DNA of 57,116 nt, filler included, from Sphacelaria rigidula (lineage: Eukaryota), in NCBI GenBank assembly GCA_964200075.2. It is 6 parts of 6 records of this genome, joined end to end, with 100 filler letters (N's around TTAATTAATTAA, not from the genome) between each part and the next. Parts side by side here need not be neighbours in the genome. Positions count along the whole stretch, not along the records: positions 38,147 to 47,581 come from CAXNAA020008505.1; positions 47,682 to 57,116 come from CAXNAA020008506.1; 4 more parts are not named here. One strand, given 5' to 3'. A program made the translations under genes and the position numbers. Numbering within the stretch: the first letter of the stretch is position 1; each line of letters begins with the position of its first letter. Under the pieces are notes generated by a model, which was given only the letters and a program-made list of their open reading frames with translations, searched no databases and had not been told where the DNA came from. This document shows positions 38,397-52,222 of the stretch, in pieces.

Positions 38397-41300
38397 GCCG
38401 GCAACAAGGATGAAGGTGTCATGTTCCTTCTCACCGATAGCCAAATCACCAACGAGCGATTCCTCATCTACATCAACGACCTGCTGGCATCCGGGAACAT
38501 CCCTGATCTGTTCGCTGTGGATGAAGTCGACACCATTGTGAGTGGTGGGCCTTATACGTTTAATGTCGATAGCTACAACACGCTACTCGTGAGCTCATCG
38601 GATACGTGTGTGTGTGTGTTTCCAACCGTTGCAATCACCTGTCGTTTTGTTTGACAGTGTATCCTAGGTGTAGATGCCTTCAGCATCTCGGTCTGTAAGT
38701 CGTGCTGCGCTATGCCATTGATGGGGCAGTGAACTTTTGAGCCCGCAAATCATTGGTCTGACAGGTGAACAACATGGCGGGTAAGGTAAAGGCGGAGGGA
38801 CTTGTTCCCGATCGCAAAAATTGCTGGGACTACTTCATCAAGCTCATTCGAAAGAACTTGCACGTGGTGCTGGCTTTCTCTCCTGTGGGTGACGACTTCC
38901 GAAATCGAGCCAAGAAATTCCCCGCGATCGTCAACTGCACGGTCATTGGTACGTCATAGCAAAAAGCCTTCATCGAGCGTATGTCGAGACCACTGTCTTT
39001 CACCACTGCAAATAGTTCGCTGGAGTAGCAACATACTCGCGAGTACGAGTACAAACAAGGAAGCGCCAAGTTTATGGTTTTGTCGTCTATGTTGTCGACG
39101 AAACCAATTTCGTGCCCTCAGATTGGTTCCAGCCCTGGCCACGAGATGCTCTCTTCAGCGTCGGCCGTAAATTTCTTTCAGAGATGGAGCTGGGGTCTGA
39201 CGGGATTCGTGCGGCCATCGAAAAATTTCTCCCACTTTCTTTCAAGGTGGTCAACACAGCCGCCGAGTCGTTCAAGGCCGTGGAGCGCAGGTGAGGGAGA
39301 TCGCAGGAACAAATGATGCACTCTTGACTGTAAGGCGCGAATGCACCATGAGAATTTTTGCATGTGCCCAGATTGTGTCGGTGTTGGGCAAGCTACACCT
39401 GGCGCTTCCGAAGGGTAGATATGTCCGTGGGTCACGGAGGTGTCCGAAATTTCTGACGTGTCCGCCTTCGCTTTCTTGGTGTTGTGTGAAGGCATGTGTA
39501 CACGACGCCAAAGTCCTTCCTGGAGCTACTGAAGCTGTATAATGTTCTCCTTGCCGCGAAGCGAGATAACCAAGATGCTGCAATCGAGCGGTTGACGACA
39601 GGTCTTCACAAGCTACGCGAGACGAAGGATGCCGTCACTTCCCTCGAAGAAGATCTCAAGGTGCCCATTCCTCATTATTCAGCGCATCGTTCTATAAATC
39701 CACACTGCTTGCGTACTGTCGGCGTGAATGGTTCCGCAGGATGCCGTGATACGAGCTCCTCAACTTGCCGCGCACATGGGTTTATGTAGTGCATACTCAT
39801 GCAGTTACAGGTTTGGACGGTACGGGCGGAAGCCGTTTTGAATCGTCCACCAATCAATCGTCTACACGTTCAGATCAAGCTAGAGGATGCTGAACAAAAG
39901 AAGACAGTGGCGGAGGGAATCGCGGAAAACGTGAGCCGAGAGAAGGCTATCGTGGAAGTGGAGACGTCGAAGGCGCAGGTCCAAGCTGAGCAAGTGGCCA
40001 AGACGCAGGCAGAGGTCAGTATCCCGATCGATGCTTGATCCATGCTAATGAATACGCTTCTCAACTTGGCAGACAACATGGAAGGTCTCGTCAACCGTTG
40101 ATGGTGCCGAAATTTGTGATGGACCTCGTGGTCATGCCACGATGCCTCCGAACGTTTGCGATATTGTCAGGATATACACATGAGGTATCATGAAACCAGG
40201 TCATACTCTCCAATCCACTGCGCTTGAATATCGCGTCCTCACGCTGATTTTGCATTCCGTTCGAGAATGCACCAGGAACCAGCCACATGAATGTATTTTT
40301 AGTATCGACCCGTATCCCTCTCCGTGGAACACACCTGATTACTTGTGAAGGAGAGTGGCGGGCAGCACCACGCGTGCAGATCTTACCCGACATGTGAGCT
40401 ACTAGGACTGGAATCATTGACGTCCGTGTGCCTCTCCACCCAACACGGGGTTTTACAGATTGGGGATGGAGTTTTATTGGGGATGAGAACCCGGAGAATC
40501 AAAATCTTCGTATCCAGATCAAATCTTCGGAACATGGTTCCATATCTTCACTTGCTGGTAGCTATTGACAACTACAACACGCCATACGAATTTGGATTTC
40601 GATAACCGAAATGTCGGGATCCTAGGTGAAAAACCAATTTGGGCGTCCGATCGGATCACTTACATCCCCCGAAAGTGGTTTCTCACCTAGGACCCCGACA
40701 TTTCGATTACCGAAATCCAAATTTCTATGGCGTGTAGTAGTTGTCAATAGCTACCAGCAAGTGAAGAAATGGAACCATGTTTCGAAGATTTGGTGTGGAT
40801 ACAAAAAAAATTATTCTCCGGGTTCTCATCCCCAATAAATAATCCATCCCCAATTTATAAAATCCCATGTTATCTGCTGAAAACTCGGGATAACATATGC
40901 ACCGATATTGACACCAACAGGGAGCGTCGATTATTCGCTGCATTCTGCATCCCATGCATTTATTTCAATACTAGTGCTATTCGTCACACTCTCAACCCAT
41001 CTCTCCTCCTGTGCATGCGTTTGGTGTCAAACAAACCCGCGTGTTTTCCACCTCAACTGTGTCAGTTTTACCATCAGACCACCAGGGCGCGGTGACAACG
41101 TATGCCTACACTGATTGAGTGCAACAATGGTGTCTATAGTGCGAAGAAGGAACCATACGTATTTTTCGAATATACCGCAAAAACCGCGGACCTTTGTTTT
41201 CAAGACTATACGCGTCATGTTCCGTTCGCACCTGGTGAGCCCTCGCTTTCCCACCCTGCAGCAATGGGCTTGAGTACAACACCCTGCATCATGGATGAGG

Positions 41301-44300
41301 TGCCCGGTGTGATGTTCAAGGTTGCCACGGGGCTTTTATCATATTGTTCTTACACACAAAGCTTCACTTCTTGCCAGGTCAGCATAAAACAACGAGATAC
41401 GGAGGCCGACCTTGCCAAGGCTGAGCCTGCCGTTGCTGCTGCCATGGCTGCCCTCGACACACTTAACAAGAAGGTATAGTCAACTTATCGGAGAGCGTCC
41501 GCAGTTCGCGCTCCATGCCTCTCTTCATGTCGACATCTTCGTTCAACGGAGTCTTGACTCGAAAGTCGTGCATCTGATGGACACCTGCTTTCGATCGTTG
41601 TATACTAGAGTGTATCTTCGCGAGCTACCGTAAGTGGCTGCCCGGTCGCCGCCTTTGTATGTGTCGCGACTCTTTGCCTGCTAGGATCTGGGCGAGTGCA
41701 AAACCATGGCAAAGCCTCCGGCAGGCGTTGATGACGTCTTTGCGGCCACAATGGTTCTGCTTGCCGGTGTTAGTCCGTCGGTGGTCACCACCAAGGCTGG
41801 GAAAGTCAAGGACCGCTCCTGGGACGCATCCAAGAAACAACTCCTTGGTACGAGCAAGCACGCACACGTACTCGTATTGGATTTCCGCCCGCCTTTATGA
41901 TCCTGCCGCAGTTTCGATCGGATACAACGTCATTGCGACGGGGAGAACAGGCGTTTGCTGTGTGCTGGCCAACGATTTCGTGTGACTGCGTTCTCCGTAG
42001 GTGATATTGGAGGGTACATCGATCTACTCAAGGGCCTCAAGGCAGGGGTGGACGACAACACTATCCCTGCCATCAACTGGAAAGAAATCAGACCTTTTTT
42101 AGCGATGGACCACTTCACCGTAGAGATTATTCAGTCCAAAAACTCGGCAGCTGCAGGCGTGTGCTCCTTCGTTCTCAACATTGTCATGGTGAGTACTTGG
42201 GGAACAGGTATCTCTGACTGCTTGTGCACACGATGAATTCGGATCCCTCAGGTTGAAATGAATCCCATCACCGACCGATGTTTGGGTACGTTACCCAAGA
42301 GTCCACGGTGGTCCATGAGTTGTTTCTCGCTCACGTGTCGTGTCCCCTCCACAGTACTACGACATCGTCGTCACCGTGGAACCCAAGCGAATAGCCCTGG
42401 CTGAGGCGAACGATCAACTGAATGAGGCGAACAGTACGTGAGTTGTACCAAACTACGCAGTCCATTGTTCGCGTATACTATGTGGACGTCCATGTATGTC
42501 GGCGGGGACACAGTAACCGCCCGCATAGATGGCGTCGCTCAACTGCTGGAAGACGCTCAGAGTTCGCTTCCTTCACAAAGAAAATACCGGCCGGTTACAG
42601 CCTCGGAGGCTTGAGGTCATGTCGATCGTGGGGATGTGACGCTCTTCCGTCAACTTGAACCACCTGGCTATCCGACCTCCTCCCGAGCGTCTATCCATAC
42701 TTTTGTCACTCTTTGCCCATCCCGTCTCTCGGTGTACCAGGTTAAAAATGGTGCAAGAGCAAGTGGCAGAGTTGGAGGCCAAGCTTGCCAAACTGACGGC
42801 AGAGTTCAACGCGGCCAATACGGACAAGCAAGAGGTGCGCGTCGCAGATACGATGGGCTTGCGTTGCTGCTGCTGCTGCCTATATTCCCCCGGCATCTCT
42901 AGTGTGTCCGATAAACCGACTCCACGGGGGTTGCAGGTGTCCGAAGTCTGGGTGCGGAATTTTTTGTTGTGTTGTCCAGAGCGGTAATGCAAACGCTCGT
43001 GGTGGAGGCGAGGCTCCATTGTGAAGGCACAGGACATATCATAGACTACCGTTCCGATGGAGGTGAGACGCCTCATTAAGTGAGGAGTTCATGTAGTGTT
43101 TCCTGTATCACATTACAGGCGCTGGATTCTGTGTCAAAGGGGCAACGTAAGCTTGACCTAGCTCAAAGGCTGACGGGAGCGCTGAGCTCTGAGAACGATC
43201 GGTGGGCAGAGAATGTCGTGCAGCTGCGGGCTGATATGGAACTTCTCACTGGGGACGTATTGCTGGCCGCTTCTTTCATTAGGTACGCTCCGGTCGGCAA
43301 GTTTTATCCCATGATCGATACGCTTTTTCGGGGTTTGGTTGTCGGTCGCGAATTTTGTAGGTTAGTCGCTTTTAGCTCGTGCGTCTTTCGGCGATGGTGG
43401 TCATCGGTTCTACCTGGAGCTCAAGACATGACTCGATGACTCATCTGCAACCCGCTAGAGTGCTCTACTCCTGTGCGCCTCAGTAACTTCCGGTTTTGCA
43501 AACGTCCATCTGTTCTTGCTTGGCAGTTATGTAGGTCCCTTCACCAAACCTTTCCGCGACCAGCTCATGGGACAAGAATTCCTGCCATTCCTGCAAAAGG
43601 AGCTCCAGGTATTGTCGCCAAGCAACTGATTCAGTGCGATTGGGCAAGAGGTGCCCGAACCAGTAGATTTTCCCTCCTTTTTCAGTGGCGGGATTTCGAG
43701 GCTTATGCCGGTAGCTGCGCTCGGCGTTCATGTCTATTTCTCGTACTGTCTGTATTCGCTCGCTCCTCAGGCAGCTGTAGGTGAGGAAGGCGCTCTTCCT
43801 ATGTCAGCCGACCCAGATCCCATCAAAATTCTCACAACTGAAGCTGAGGTTGCAGGGTGGAACAGTGAAGGCCTACCCAACGACCAGGTACTTTCCCGCA
43901 AGCTTTGCGACCTACCCGAGACCACAGTAGCCTCATCAAACAGTTACCCCGAGCACCGTCTCATATTCGAACAAACTCTACATTACCAGGTTTCCACGGA
44001 AAACGGTGCGATCGTCTGCAATTCGGCGCGATGGCCTCTGATCATCGACCCTCAGCTTCAGGTCAGTTCGACACAAGTTCCCCTCCGATTTTGTCCACTG
44101 CCGAGCAGAGCTGGTGGGCACAGTGTGGGCGCGGTCTGTAGGCTAGGAGACAGGACAAGCCAGTAGTGTGAAAGACTTTATGTGGGGCGATGTTTGCTGT
44201 ACTTGCCAATCTGCCTAACTGGATCAGATCCACAAGGACTCTTCGCCTGATAGTCAAATAGCACTGTTACCTGTCTCTGCATTTTTTCTTTCAAACTAAA

Positions 44301-47162
44301 GCTCACTTCAGCATATTTGCCTTTGCCCGCGTCGTCCGTTGTCAATGGCCGATTCAACACATTTAACGTAACCATGATCACGACCTGAAACCGCTCGACG
44401 GGGTCTCGCACGCGTGTACATTCACCGGATCATGAACGGGATGATGGAAGGCGTTACCGTAGGCAGTTCGGCTGTGTTTTGACCAAGGGCCTCGCGTGTT
44501 CTGCCCACTCGTTTTCGTGTGTGTGTTCGGGCAGGGTATCAAATGGATCACCTCCAAGGAATCGTCTCCAGACCGAAATCTAGAAGTGGTCCGACTCGGC
44601 CAACCGGATATGCTGCGAAAACTGGAAAGGGCGCTTGAGAACGGGTGCGTACTGCAGTCCGTACCTGAATTTCACTCAAGCAGTTGGTTTTGCACCGCAT
44701 GCCTCAGTGGCATTGCTGGTCAGGACGAGCCCCTCATGATCATGCACGGAGGTATTGATGTCCCAGATTGACATCGATCGGAACTGTGGATGCCCGCCAG
44801 GAAGATCTCACCTGCCGAGACCATGTTTACGAGCCAGCGTTTTTGTCTAGATGCAGGCTATCACTAATAACCCAGCCCAGAGAAATACCCCAAGGGTAAC
44901 CAGAACCCTGAGCCGAAGCCGTGAAAGATTCGTGCGCTGGCATTCATACAATCGGGGTAGCGTGCGCCGGTAGGGCGCCCTGTAGTTTGTGCTGGTAGGA
45001 GGTATATATGATCTGGCGATCGCTGGTAGACCACCGAGCAGTATGTGCTGGTAGGGTATACGACTAGGCTAGCGTGCTTTGATAGAGAACAGTGCAAAAT
45101 ACATTGGGAGGACGTAGATCTTCGTCAGGGCGGGCTGCTAGTAGGTCGCGCTGCTCTATGCGCCGAGATGGGCCTCTCAGACGAACATCCCAAATGAATT
45201 ACCAGGTCCTGTACTGATGTTCCAATGGGATGTGGATTCCCGGGTAAATATTACAGATGAGTATCCTGGATTGATTGATTGATTGTCGCACACTCACTGA
45301 TCTCCGAGAAACCCAGCCATGGTGACACGATAGACGTACGTAAGCTCAACAGAATGGGGAAGAAGTGCTGAAGGCTGGGAAATTCGAGAAACGGGAGTAA
45401 TGAAGAGAAAAAATAGAAAGAACAAACAGGGTGCGCTACATAAAAAATGAAGCTGAGGAGCGGTGATATTCTATATGTAATTTCTAGACGGGTGTTCGTA
45501 TCCTAGATGAAGCTTGCACGGTAATGCAAGACCATTCAGCCACACAAGTGACCCTTTACTGGGGCTCAGAATTCGTCGTTGTATGCAGTAGTACACCGAT
45601 TTATCAACGCGGTGTTCATAGCTCTGTCTCTGGCATGGCTATTCATTTCATGGTGAATAGCGCTTTTCTCGTTGATCATTCTGACACGCGCGCACAGGCA
45701 CTCTATCCTAATTGAAAACCTCGGAGAGACCCTGGAGGCTGTACTGACACCTGTCATTCAACGTGCGGTCATTTACCGTGGTCGTAAAATGTATATCAAG
45801 CTGGGCGACTCGGAGGTGGAGTTTCACCCGGACTTTAGGTGCGTCAGTAGCTACTACGTGCTCTAAGCTCCACTTCGGGACGCGAGGTTTAGTTGCTCAC
45901 GTCGAGCGACGTAGTGTTCGAGACTGCAGTACACAGTAACGCACGGTGCGCAACCCAGCATGGAGGTTGTTTGGCATGGCTTTGTCTGCTAACCCGGCAG
46001 AAAATAGTAGCTGCGCTCGTTGGACATTGGTTGACCATCTGATGCTCGGACTTTTACGGGATTCGCTTACAAACGTACTCTAATGGTATGGCTTTCCAAC
46101 CCTGTGTCGGCCCCCTCTTTTCGAGACAGATTGTTCCTCCACACGAAGCTGTCCAATCCGCACTTTCCGCCAGAAATCCAAGCGGAAACTACACTTATCA
46201 ACTTCACGGTGACAATGCGCGGATTGGAAGATCAGGTACGGCCCTAAGTGGACCTTAGAGTGCATCATACACTGACGTACTTGACAAGACTTGGACCGGA
46301 CGAGGCTATGTTACCCATCACCTGTATTTAAATTCTTTGTGAAGCGTATGGAGAGATTGGCGTGTATCTGGTACGCGGCTGGTACAAACAGGCGACTCAA
46401 ATCGGAGGTAGCACGCTATCGCCCTATTACTTCTCCTGTGAGGTCGCGGACACCTTGATTGTACCGCTACCTCGTATCGCTTACGCGTCGCGTCGGTATA
46501 CGGCCCTAATCTCGCATATCGACCCATAAATACTTAAGCTCTAAGTTTAGACCTTACCGTACGTATGACAATTCTTTGTGGGCGGGCTTTCAAAATGCTG
46601 TCTGTTTGCGTTGATCGCTGGAATCGATCGGTCGATGACCACGACCATGATCACTGACAATCTCACGGAGCTTCCTTTTTGTACCTCGAACGTGCTATAC
46701 CTTTTTCGTTGCGTGTTTCCTCACGACGCCATCTCGAAGTTGCTCAATCTCGTCGTTCGAAAGGAGAGGCCGGATCTCGCGGACCTTGGTGAGCAGCTTG
46801 TAGGGCAACAAAACGGGTTTAAAATCAAGATGAAGGAGCTGGAGGACAACATTCTGTATAAGTTGGCCACTGCTGAAGGTACGAAGCTACTCGCCAAGTA
46901 CCGTTGAACGTTCACTCTATCACGGCCGTAGACTGCATCCGAACGTGCTTCTCACGTCGCGTTAATTTTTAACACCTCCTCAAGGATGAACACCTCTTAC
47001 ACAACTCATGTACACGTGGTACAATGAGCGAATGTCCTGAATCATTTGTCCGTCCTCTCAGGTGATATAACTGAGGACGTGGAGTTGATCGAGGGATTGG
47101 AGGAGACCAAACGAATAGCTACGGACATCCAGCAGCGGTCCGCCCTGGCAAAGGAAACTCAG
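38397..47162 (+). CDS. Axonemal dynein heavy chain, outer-arm beta/alpha type (ODA4/DNAH9-11-17-like); internal fragment covering AAA4, stalk, microtubule-binding domain and AAA5
   Basis: 19 phase-compatible exons, 2460 nt, no stops: 38397-38537, 38765-38948, 39122-39290, 39492-39660, 39874-40014, 41378-41473, 41685-41847, 42001-42188, 42355-42437, 42741-42834, 43119-43282, 43527-43608, 43771-43887, 43990-44061, 44535-44644, 45698-45838, 46130-46235, 46740-46878, 47062-47162. Motifs [60 protein letters not shown] and [15 protein letters not shown]. Confidence 0.96.
40444..40869. mobile_element. ~425-bp palindromic MITE in a dynein intron
   Basis: ~200-bp arms inverted along their full length (aacatggttccatatcttcacttgctggtagctattgacaactac versus gtagttgtcaatagctaccagcaagtgaagaaatggaaccatgtt); ~30-bp loop. 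Confidence 0.92.
45269..45480 (-). mobile_element. Possible 3' end of a non-LTR retroelement with a (CAAT)n tail, in a dynein intron
   Basis: (GATT)n-GTC followed by purine-rich sequence on +; same architecture as at 55668. Confidence 0.35.
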
Positions 47163-47683
47163 GTGAAACGAATTCGTTCATCGGCCTGATAACAAGGGGA
47201 GATCCACCATGTTATGATAGCTACTGGAGATATCAGTCGATCGACGGCGTTTAACCAGCTGCGGTTCTCCTGAGCTGTGGAGCTGCAATTAGCGCGTTTT
47301 GAGGAAACGCGATTGTTTGAGCTATCGCTCTGACAGCATGTTGGGATCTCCTAATGATGGTGGTGAGGGAGGGGGGGGGGGGCATACTCATTTGTTACTT
47401 TCCTCTCGAGATGAAGCACCGTTCCTACTCCTATAGAGACACCTTCAACATTCCGGCGCTCATTATGTTTCTTCCATACATTACACAAAAACCTCTAACA
47501 CATCTTATCCCCGTCCTGTTTCGCCGTCTCTGGCCACCATCCATCTCCTAGTATAGCCACTGTTTTCTCCCTACTGTCTACNNNNNNNNNNNNNNNNNNN
47601 NNNNNNNNNNNNNNNNNNNNNNNNNTTAATTAATTAANNNNNNNNNNNNNNNNNNNNNNNNNNNNNNNNNNNNNNNNNNNNAG

Positions 47684-47897
47684 ATGCCCAGTACCAATGT
47701 ACCGCGCAGATATCGGAACGGCTTTCAATGTGAAGACAACAACAACAACAACATACTGCTTTACACTGCTTGTACTCAAATAAAAGCGCAACGCAAGTGT
47801 TTCAGTTGGTTTGACGCATCTATGAGCACATTTTCCCGTGGAGTCGAACAAGCCCCTCCGTATCGTAGCGTGGCTCTTCCATACCGTAGGATGACTC
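47684..47897 (+). mobile_element. Partial copy of the GAGTCATCCTAC MITE
   Basis: 47755-47876 aligns with 48253-48375; a second terminus CGTAGGATGACTC ends at 47897. Confidence 0.75.
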
Positions 47898-48091
47898 TGT
47901 GGACCAGGACGAAGGGCTCGAGGGGGAGTATTCGTCGCGCTTCCGTGCTGCAAGCTTCGGGGCAGTGCGCACCACTACCTTCACAGCGCCACGGCGATCG
48001 CTTTGGGGTGAACACTGACTAGTTACATGAAGACGGAGAAACCCCGTCGCTGATTGTTATCGTTGCGCGGCCCTTTACGCACACCACCGTA

Positions 48092-48375
48092 GAGTCATGC
48101 TACTACTATAGGGGTGTACTCATGATCATGGGGCTACTACTGTAGGGGGGTTTCTTGGACCATTCTCTTCCACGAAATTCCACTTCAATCGCCGTTGAAA
48201 GCAGCCAAACGTTGTTCGAACGCGCTTGCTCCCGATAAATAACGCTCATTCATACTGCTTTACACCGGTTGTACCCAAATATAGGCGCACCGTGAGTGTT
48301 TCAGGTCGTTTGACGCATCTATGAGCGCATTTTTTTTATGAAGTCGAACACCCCTCCCCTATCGTAGCATGGCTC
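48092..48375 (+). mobile_element. GAG-terminated MITE with 4-bp TSD CGTA (Sola2-like)
   Basis: cgta|GAGTCATGCTAC...GTAGCATGGCTC|cgta; the body is homologous, in inverted orientation, to 51117-51328. Confidence 0.8.
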
Positions 48376-49192
48376 CGTAACAAAGGGCACTAGAGGCCCT
48401 AGCTATTCCAAACAAGCAATCCCTTCGTTCTTCAAGGCATGGTTTCGGATAATGCTGCTCGCCCTGGCGCATGCTGAGGGGCCTCTGTGGATCACGACAG
48501 AGCCCGTGTGATGCCTCGTCCGATAATTTTCTGGCGTGCAAAGCAGGGAATCACTCTACCCTCGATACTTGTACTAAGTGATTCGTCTACTGATCATGAG
48601 GACACTCGTTTCATCCATAGATATGCCTCCCGTCGGTACTTCTGCTATGGTAACGCCGAAAGATGGGTTGCCCATCTGAACCTCCTTTCCGAGAAACCCT
48701 TGGTGAATGAAGATATCCCCTCCCTGCTTGCGCCATCATAATGTGCCGTGAGAAAAAAACGCATCCGCTCGAGGGCATGCACCGTGCAACTCAATTGCTT
48801 TTCACACAGGCCAAACCACTTACCAAAACATAAAAGGAAGGGACGCCCCTAATATATGTTCCACCCGTGAGTGTAAGTACCTCTCCGTGCACGTGTGGCC
48901 ACAAGTAGATATTATCCGCATTTAGGGGGGCGCCTGGGTTATCGACAAGTTGAACAACATACCTACAGCGCGAACCGGGTTGTAAAACGTACTGCACACG
49001 TATGTGGATTGGAAATGGTTTCACAGCGCGAACTCGCGTGCGTTCACAACCCAACTTACGCTGTACGCACGTTGTTCAACCAACCCACAATGTCAAATGA
49101 CCTCGGGACGCGCTAGAGACTGCGGATAATGTGTACCAGCGGCCACCCGTGCAGTATTACCGAGACTTTACCTTAGATAGGGACGCGTGCAT

Positions 49193-49446
49193 TAGCAATG
49201 CTACGGTAGGGGTTGCACTTTTTGTTTCTGGGTCTCGTTTTTGTAAGAGCTCAAATATATGAGGCTTACTGTGCAACCCAAATCTCAGGGGACAGGACAT
49301 GGAGATGCACTCAGGGGCTTTTTCGTGAATCGGCATCATTTTCAGTCTTTTTCAACTGAAAATGATGCCGATTCTCAAAATGATCCGTGCAACATCCCGA
49401 GAAAACGTTTTCGCTCAAAAAGTGCAACCCTACCGTAGCATCACGC
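49193..49446. mobile_element. MITE with ~30-bp TIRs and 4-bp TSD GCAT
   Basis: gcat|TAGCAATGCTACGGTAGGGGTTGCACTTTTT...AAAAAGTGCAACCCTACCGTAGCATCACGC|gcat; the two ends are consistent with an ancestral GAGTAATGCTAC. Confidence 0.8.
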
Positions 49447-51116
49447 GCATTTGACCCTGGGCGCCAAAAAGGACTGAATATCCGTCCTTCTGACTCCAAG
49501 TTCGGCTTGGGTGTGTAGCGCGAGATCTACCTCAGTGGACGTGCTCCAAATCTTACCCCGTGGTGACCTTTCTCAATGTCATTATTTCGTCGACAGCTCT
49601 GCATCCCCTCAAGACCCCAAGATCGAAGCAAAATTATTCGCACTACTTGGGTGGGCCTTTCACTTGTATTTTCGAGCGTAGTCGACAAGCAACACATCAC
49701 GGCAGTACCACGTAGTGATGCTATGCTTCAACCTCCGGGAAACATTTGTTAAACTTGATGGCTAGAGGCGATGATAGCTCTTGAAGTGCTATCCATGCAG
49801 GGGTTATACATACTTTACATATTATATATATATATATATACGTCGTCAACATCTGCTAATTGTTGAGAATCATGCTCATGTATGGATTTGCTTGCCCAAC
49901 AAGAAAATGAACCAGCCGCATTTCCCCCCTCACCACGGACACCCCGTGTTTTCCACTTCGTAGAAAAACGGCGGCATTTAATTACTTCATCCCCGAATTT
50001 TGAGCAGATGTACTACTCGAAGTTGGTATTTCTAGGCTCCGATTCCTAACGGGTCAATGCTGATGTCCCTCGCCCCTCAAAAAAGCTTGGGACGAACTGT
50101 GGACGTCACAATAGAACAGTAATGGCGGCGGCGGTACCAATGCAGTAGTAGTGGCGGTGGCAGTACAAACATATGGTAAGTAGTCCGGAAAACAAACAGG
50201 AGATAACAAAACGGCTGCAACCAATACTTATTAACATGTTCTACTGCCCAGCCGCGACTACTACTACAGCTGTTGCTGTCGTTACTGGTGCTGTTGTCGC
50301 GGCCAGCACTACCACCACGATCGCCGCCATCATCTGGATGAAACCGGTGACGCTAAGGATTTCATGTTCTTCAGCATCGCCTTCGGAGATTGCGGCATCT
50401 TCAACGTCTGTTTTTTTTCGATCCAGGTAGTGGTGGGGGAATCACACAGACGCACACGCGCGCGCAGTATGTTTTGGACAACCATGCGTGTGTGACCGAG
50501 TGATTCACAGGACAGACAACAACAACAATAACAACAGCAGAAGCAGAAGCAGAAGCAGCAGCAGCAGCAGCAGTAGCAACATCATCACACGAAGAGGCGT
50601 GTAGCTATGGATGAGGGGTGCTTCACAATTGGATTTCAGGAATAGTAGTTTATCGAGTACACTACATAAGAGTAACAGCGTGAGTTTCCTCAACTCATCG
50701 GGTCAGATTGGTTTGATCTATGAAAAAGCATCACATGTCCGAAGTAAATAAAGTGCGCATCTCCGGCCCAACGCACCTAAATGAGCAAAACGGACAGATG
50801 TAAATGACAATGGAGAGATGCGGCGATGAATGCAAGGACGCCCGGGTCGAGATTTCTTGCGTAAATATCCGGGTAATAGTCCGCTGATTTTATCGGTACG
50901 ATGTTCTTAGATGTAACTTGTTGGGTAGTTATGGACGCTCTCTTGTGCCTTCTCAGCTGAGAGCGTCATAAAGCTGAGCTACAACAAAAAAAGCTCTGCA
51001 ATGAAGTTAGGTATGCCATTGACATCAGACCGCCAAAAATTCATGCATCCCCGAAACCATACAATTCACCGGGCGCACGCAGCGAAACAACTACTCCACA
51101 CGTCAATCCGATGGAG

Positions 51117-51328
51117 GAGGCATCCTACGATAGGAGGGGGGGGGGGGGGGGGGGGTATTTGATTGTACGAAAAAAGGGGCTCATAGGGCGTGTCAGACGA
51201 CCTGCTACACTCGCGGTGCGTTTGTCTTCGGTTAAAAACGGTCTCGAGGAGTATGAATGAGCTATTTGACATGGAAATTCGTGCAAGAAGTGGCCCGAAA
51301 TACCCCCCCCCCTATCGTAGGATGACTC
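51117..51328 (-). mobile_element. GAG-terminated MITE with 4-bp TSD GGAG (Sola2-like)
   Basis: ggag|GAGGCATCCTACGATAGG..(G)n-TATTT...AAATA-(C)n-TATCGTAGGATGACTC|ggag. Confidence 0.82.
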
Positions 51329-52149
51329 GGAGTTCCGACCTGCTTCAGATCGTATCGCTAGGTTTTGGTTCACCACTGGGGGTGCGGTAATACGTTTTTG
51401 CTTGCATCTCGTCTGTACTTCACATTTCATATATATGTCGACGCGTACTTGTGCTCGTTGAATTGATCCTTGGATCCTCCGTAATGGTGATTCTTACACA
51501 TGATATAGGACGAGATCATACTGTGCGGACCTTTATTTCAGTGTGAAAAGAGGACGCTTCTAGTCCGATAATGGTGCTTTGACACATATCATACCTTTTG
51601 AAAGAATGGAAGACGGGAAACTCCCACAAAGAGTTTCAGGGAGGTCGGGGGGTATGAGGCCACCCGTAAAAAACTAATTCGTCATGTCTTTAGGTCAGGA
51701 AAAAATGCTGTTTTGGAGTTGAAGCTCATTTTCAACCTCGTTTTCGAAGATAATCTGTCGGTACGTGTGCCTCACCTGTGACGCATGTGGCATTCATCAC
51801 ACGTGCATATTCCATACGTGGACAGATAGCACCCTGTGGAGGGGGCCTACAGGGTTTACGTACCCTGCGCAGTGTTTCTGGCGGGAATTTTACTGTACAG
51901 TGTTTTGCAGTGTAGCACAGGACGCTCCACAGGGTTCCCCTACGGTGGTCATGAATAGTGTGCATCACAGGGTTCCTCTCCACAGGGTTTCTCTACGGTG
52001 GACATGAATAGTGTGCACCACAACAGGGTTCCGTCGCCCCGTGAAGAGTTCATCGCTGCTGGCAATGCTGTGCAGTGTGTTTACGCACAAACACTACCCT
52101 CCACATGCAGCTGCAGGCGCAAGGTACTGGCGGAAAAAATAACTGATTA

Positions 52150-52222
52150 GGTTGGACGGAGAATCGAACCCTCGACTTCATATCGTATCGTTAACCGGTT
52201 ACACACGGAGCTACACGTGGTA
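52150..52222 (-). promoter_or_regulatory. Degenerate tRNA-like Pol III cassette (A box, B box, T-run) in the left TIR
   Basis: Minus strand TAGCTCCGTGTG, then GGTTCGATTC starting 43 nt later, then TTTTTT. Confidence 0.5.

Noticed and set aside
50505-50693. Poly-Leu membrane peptide ORF
   Set aside because: Product of AAC/AGC simple repeats.
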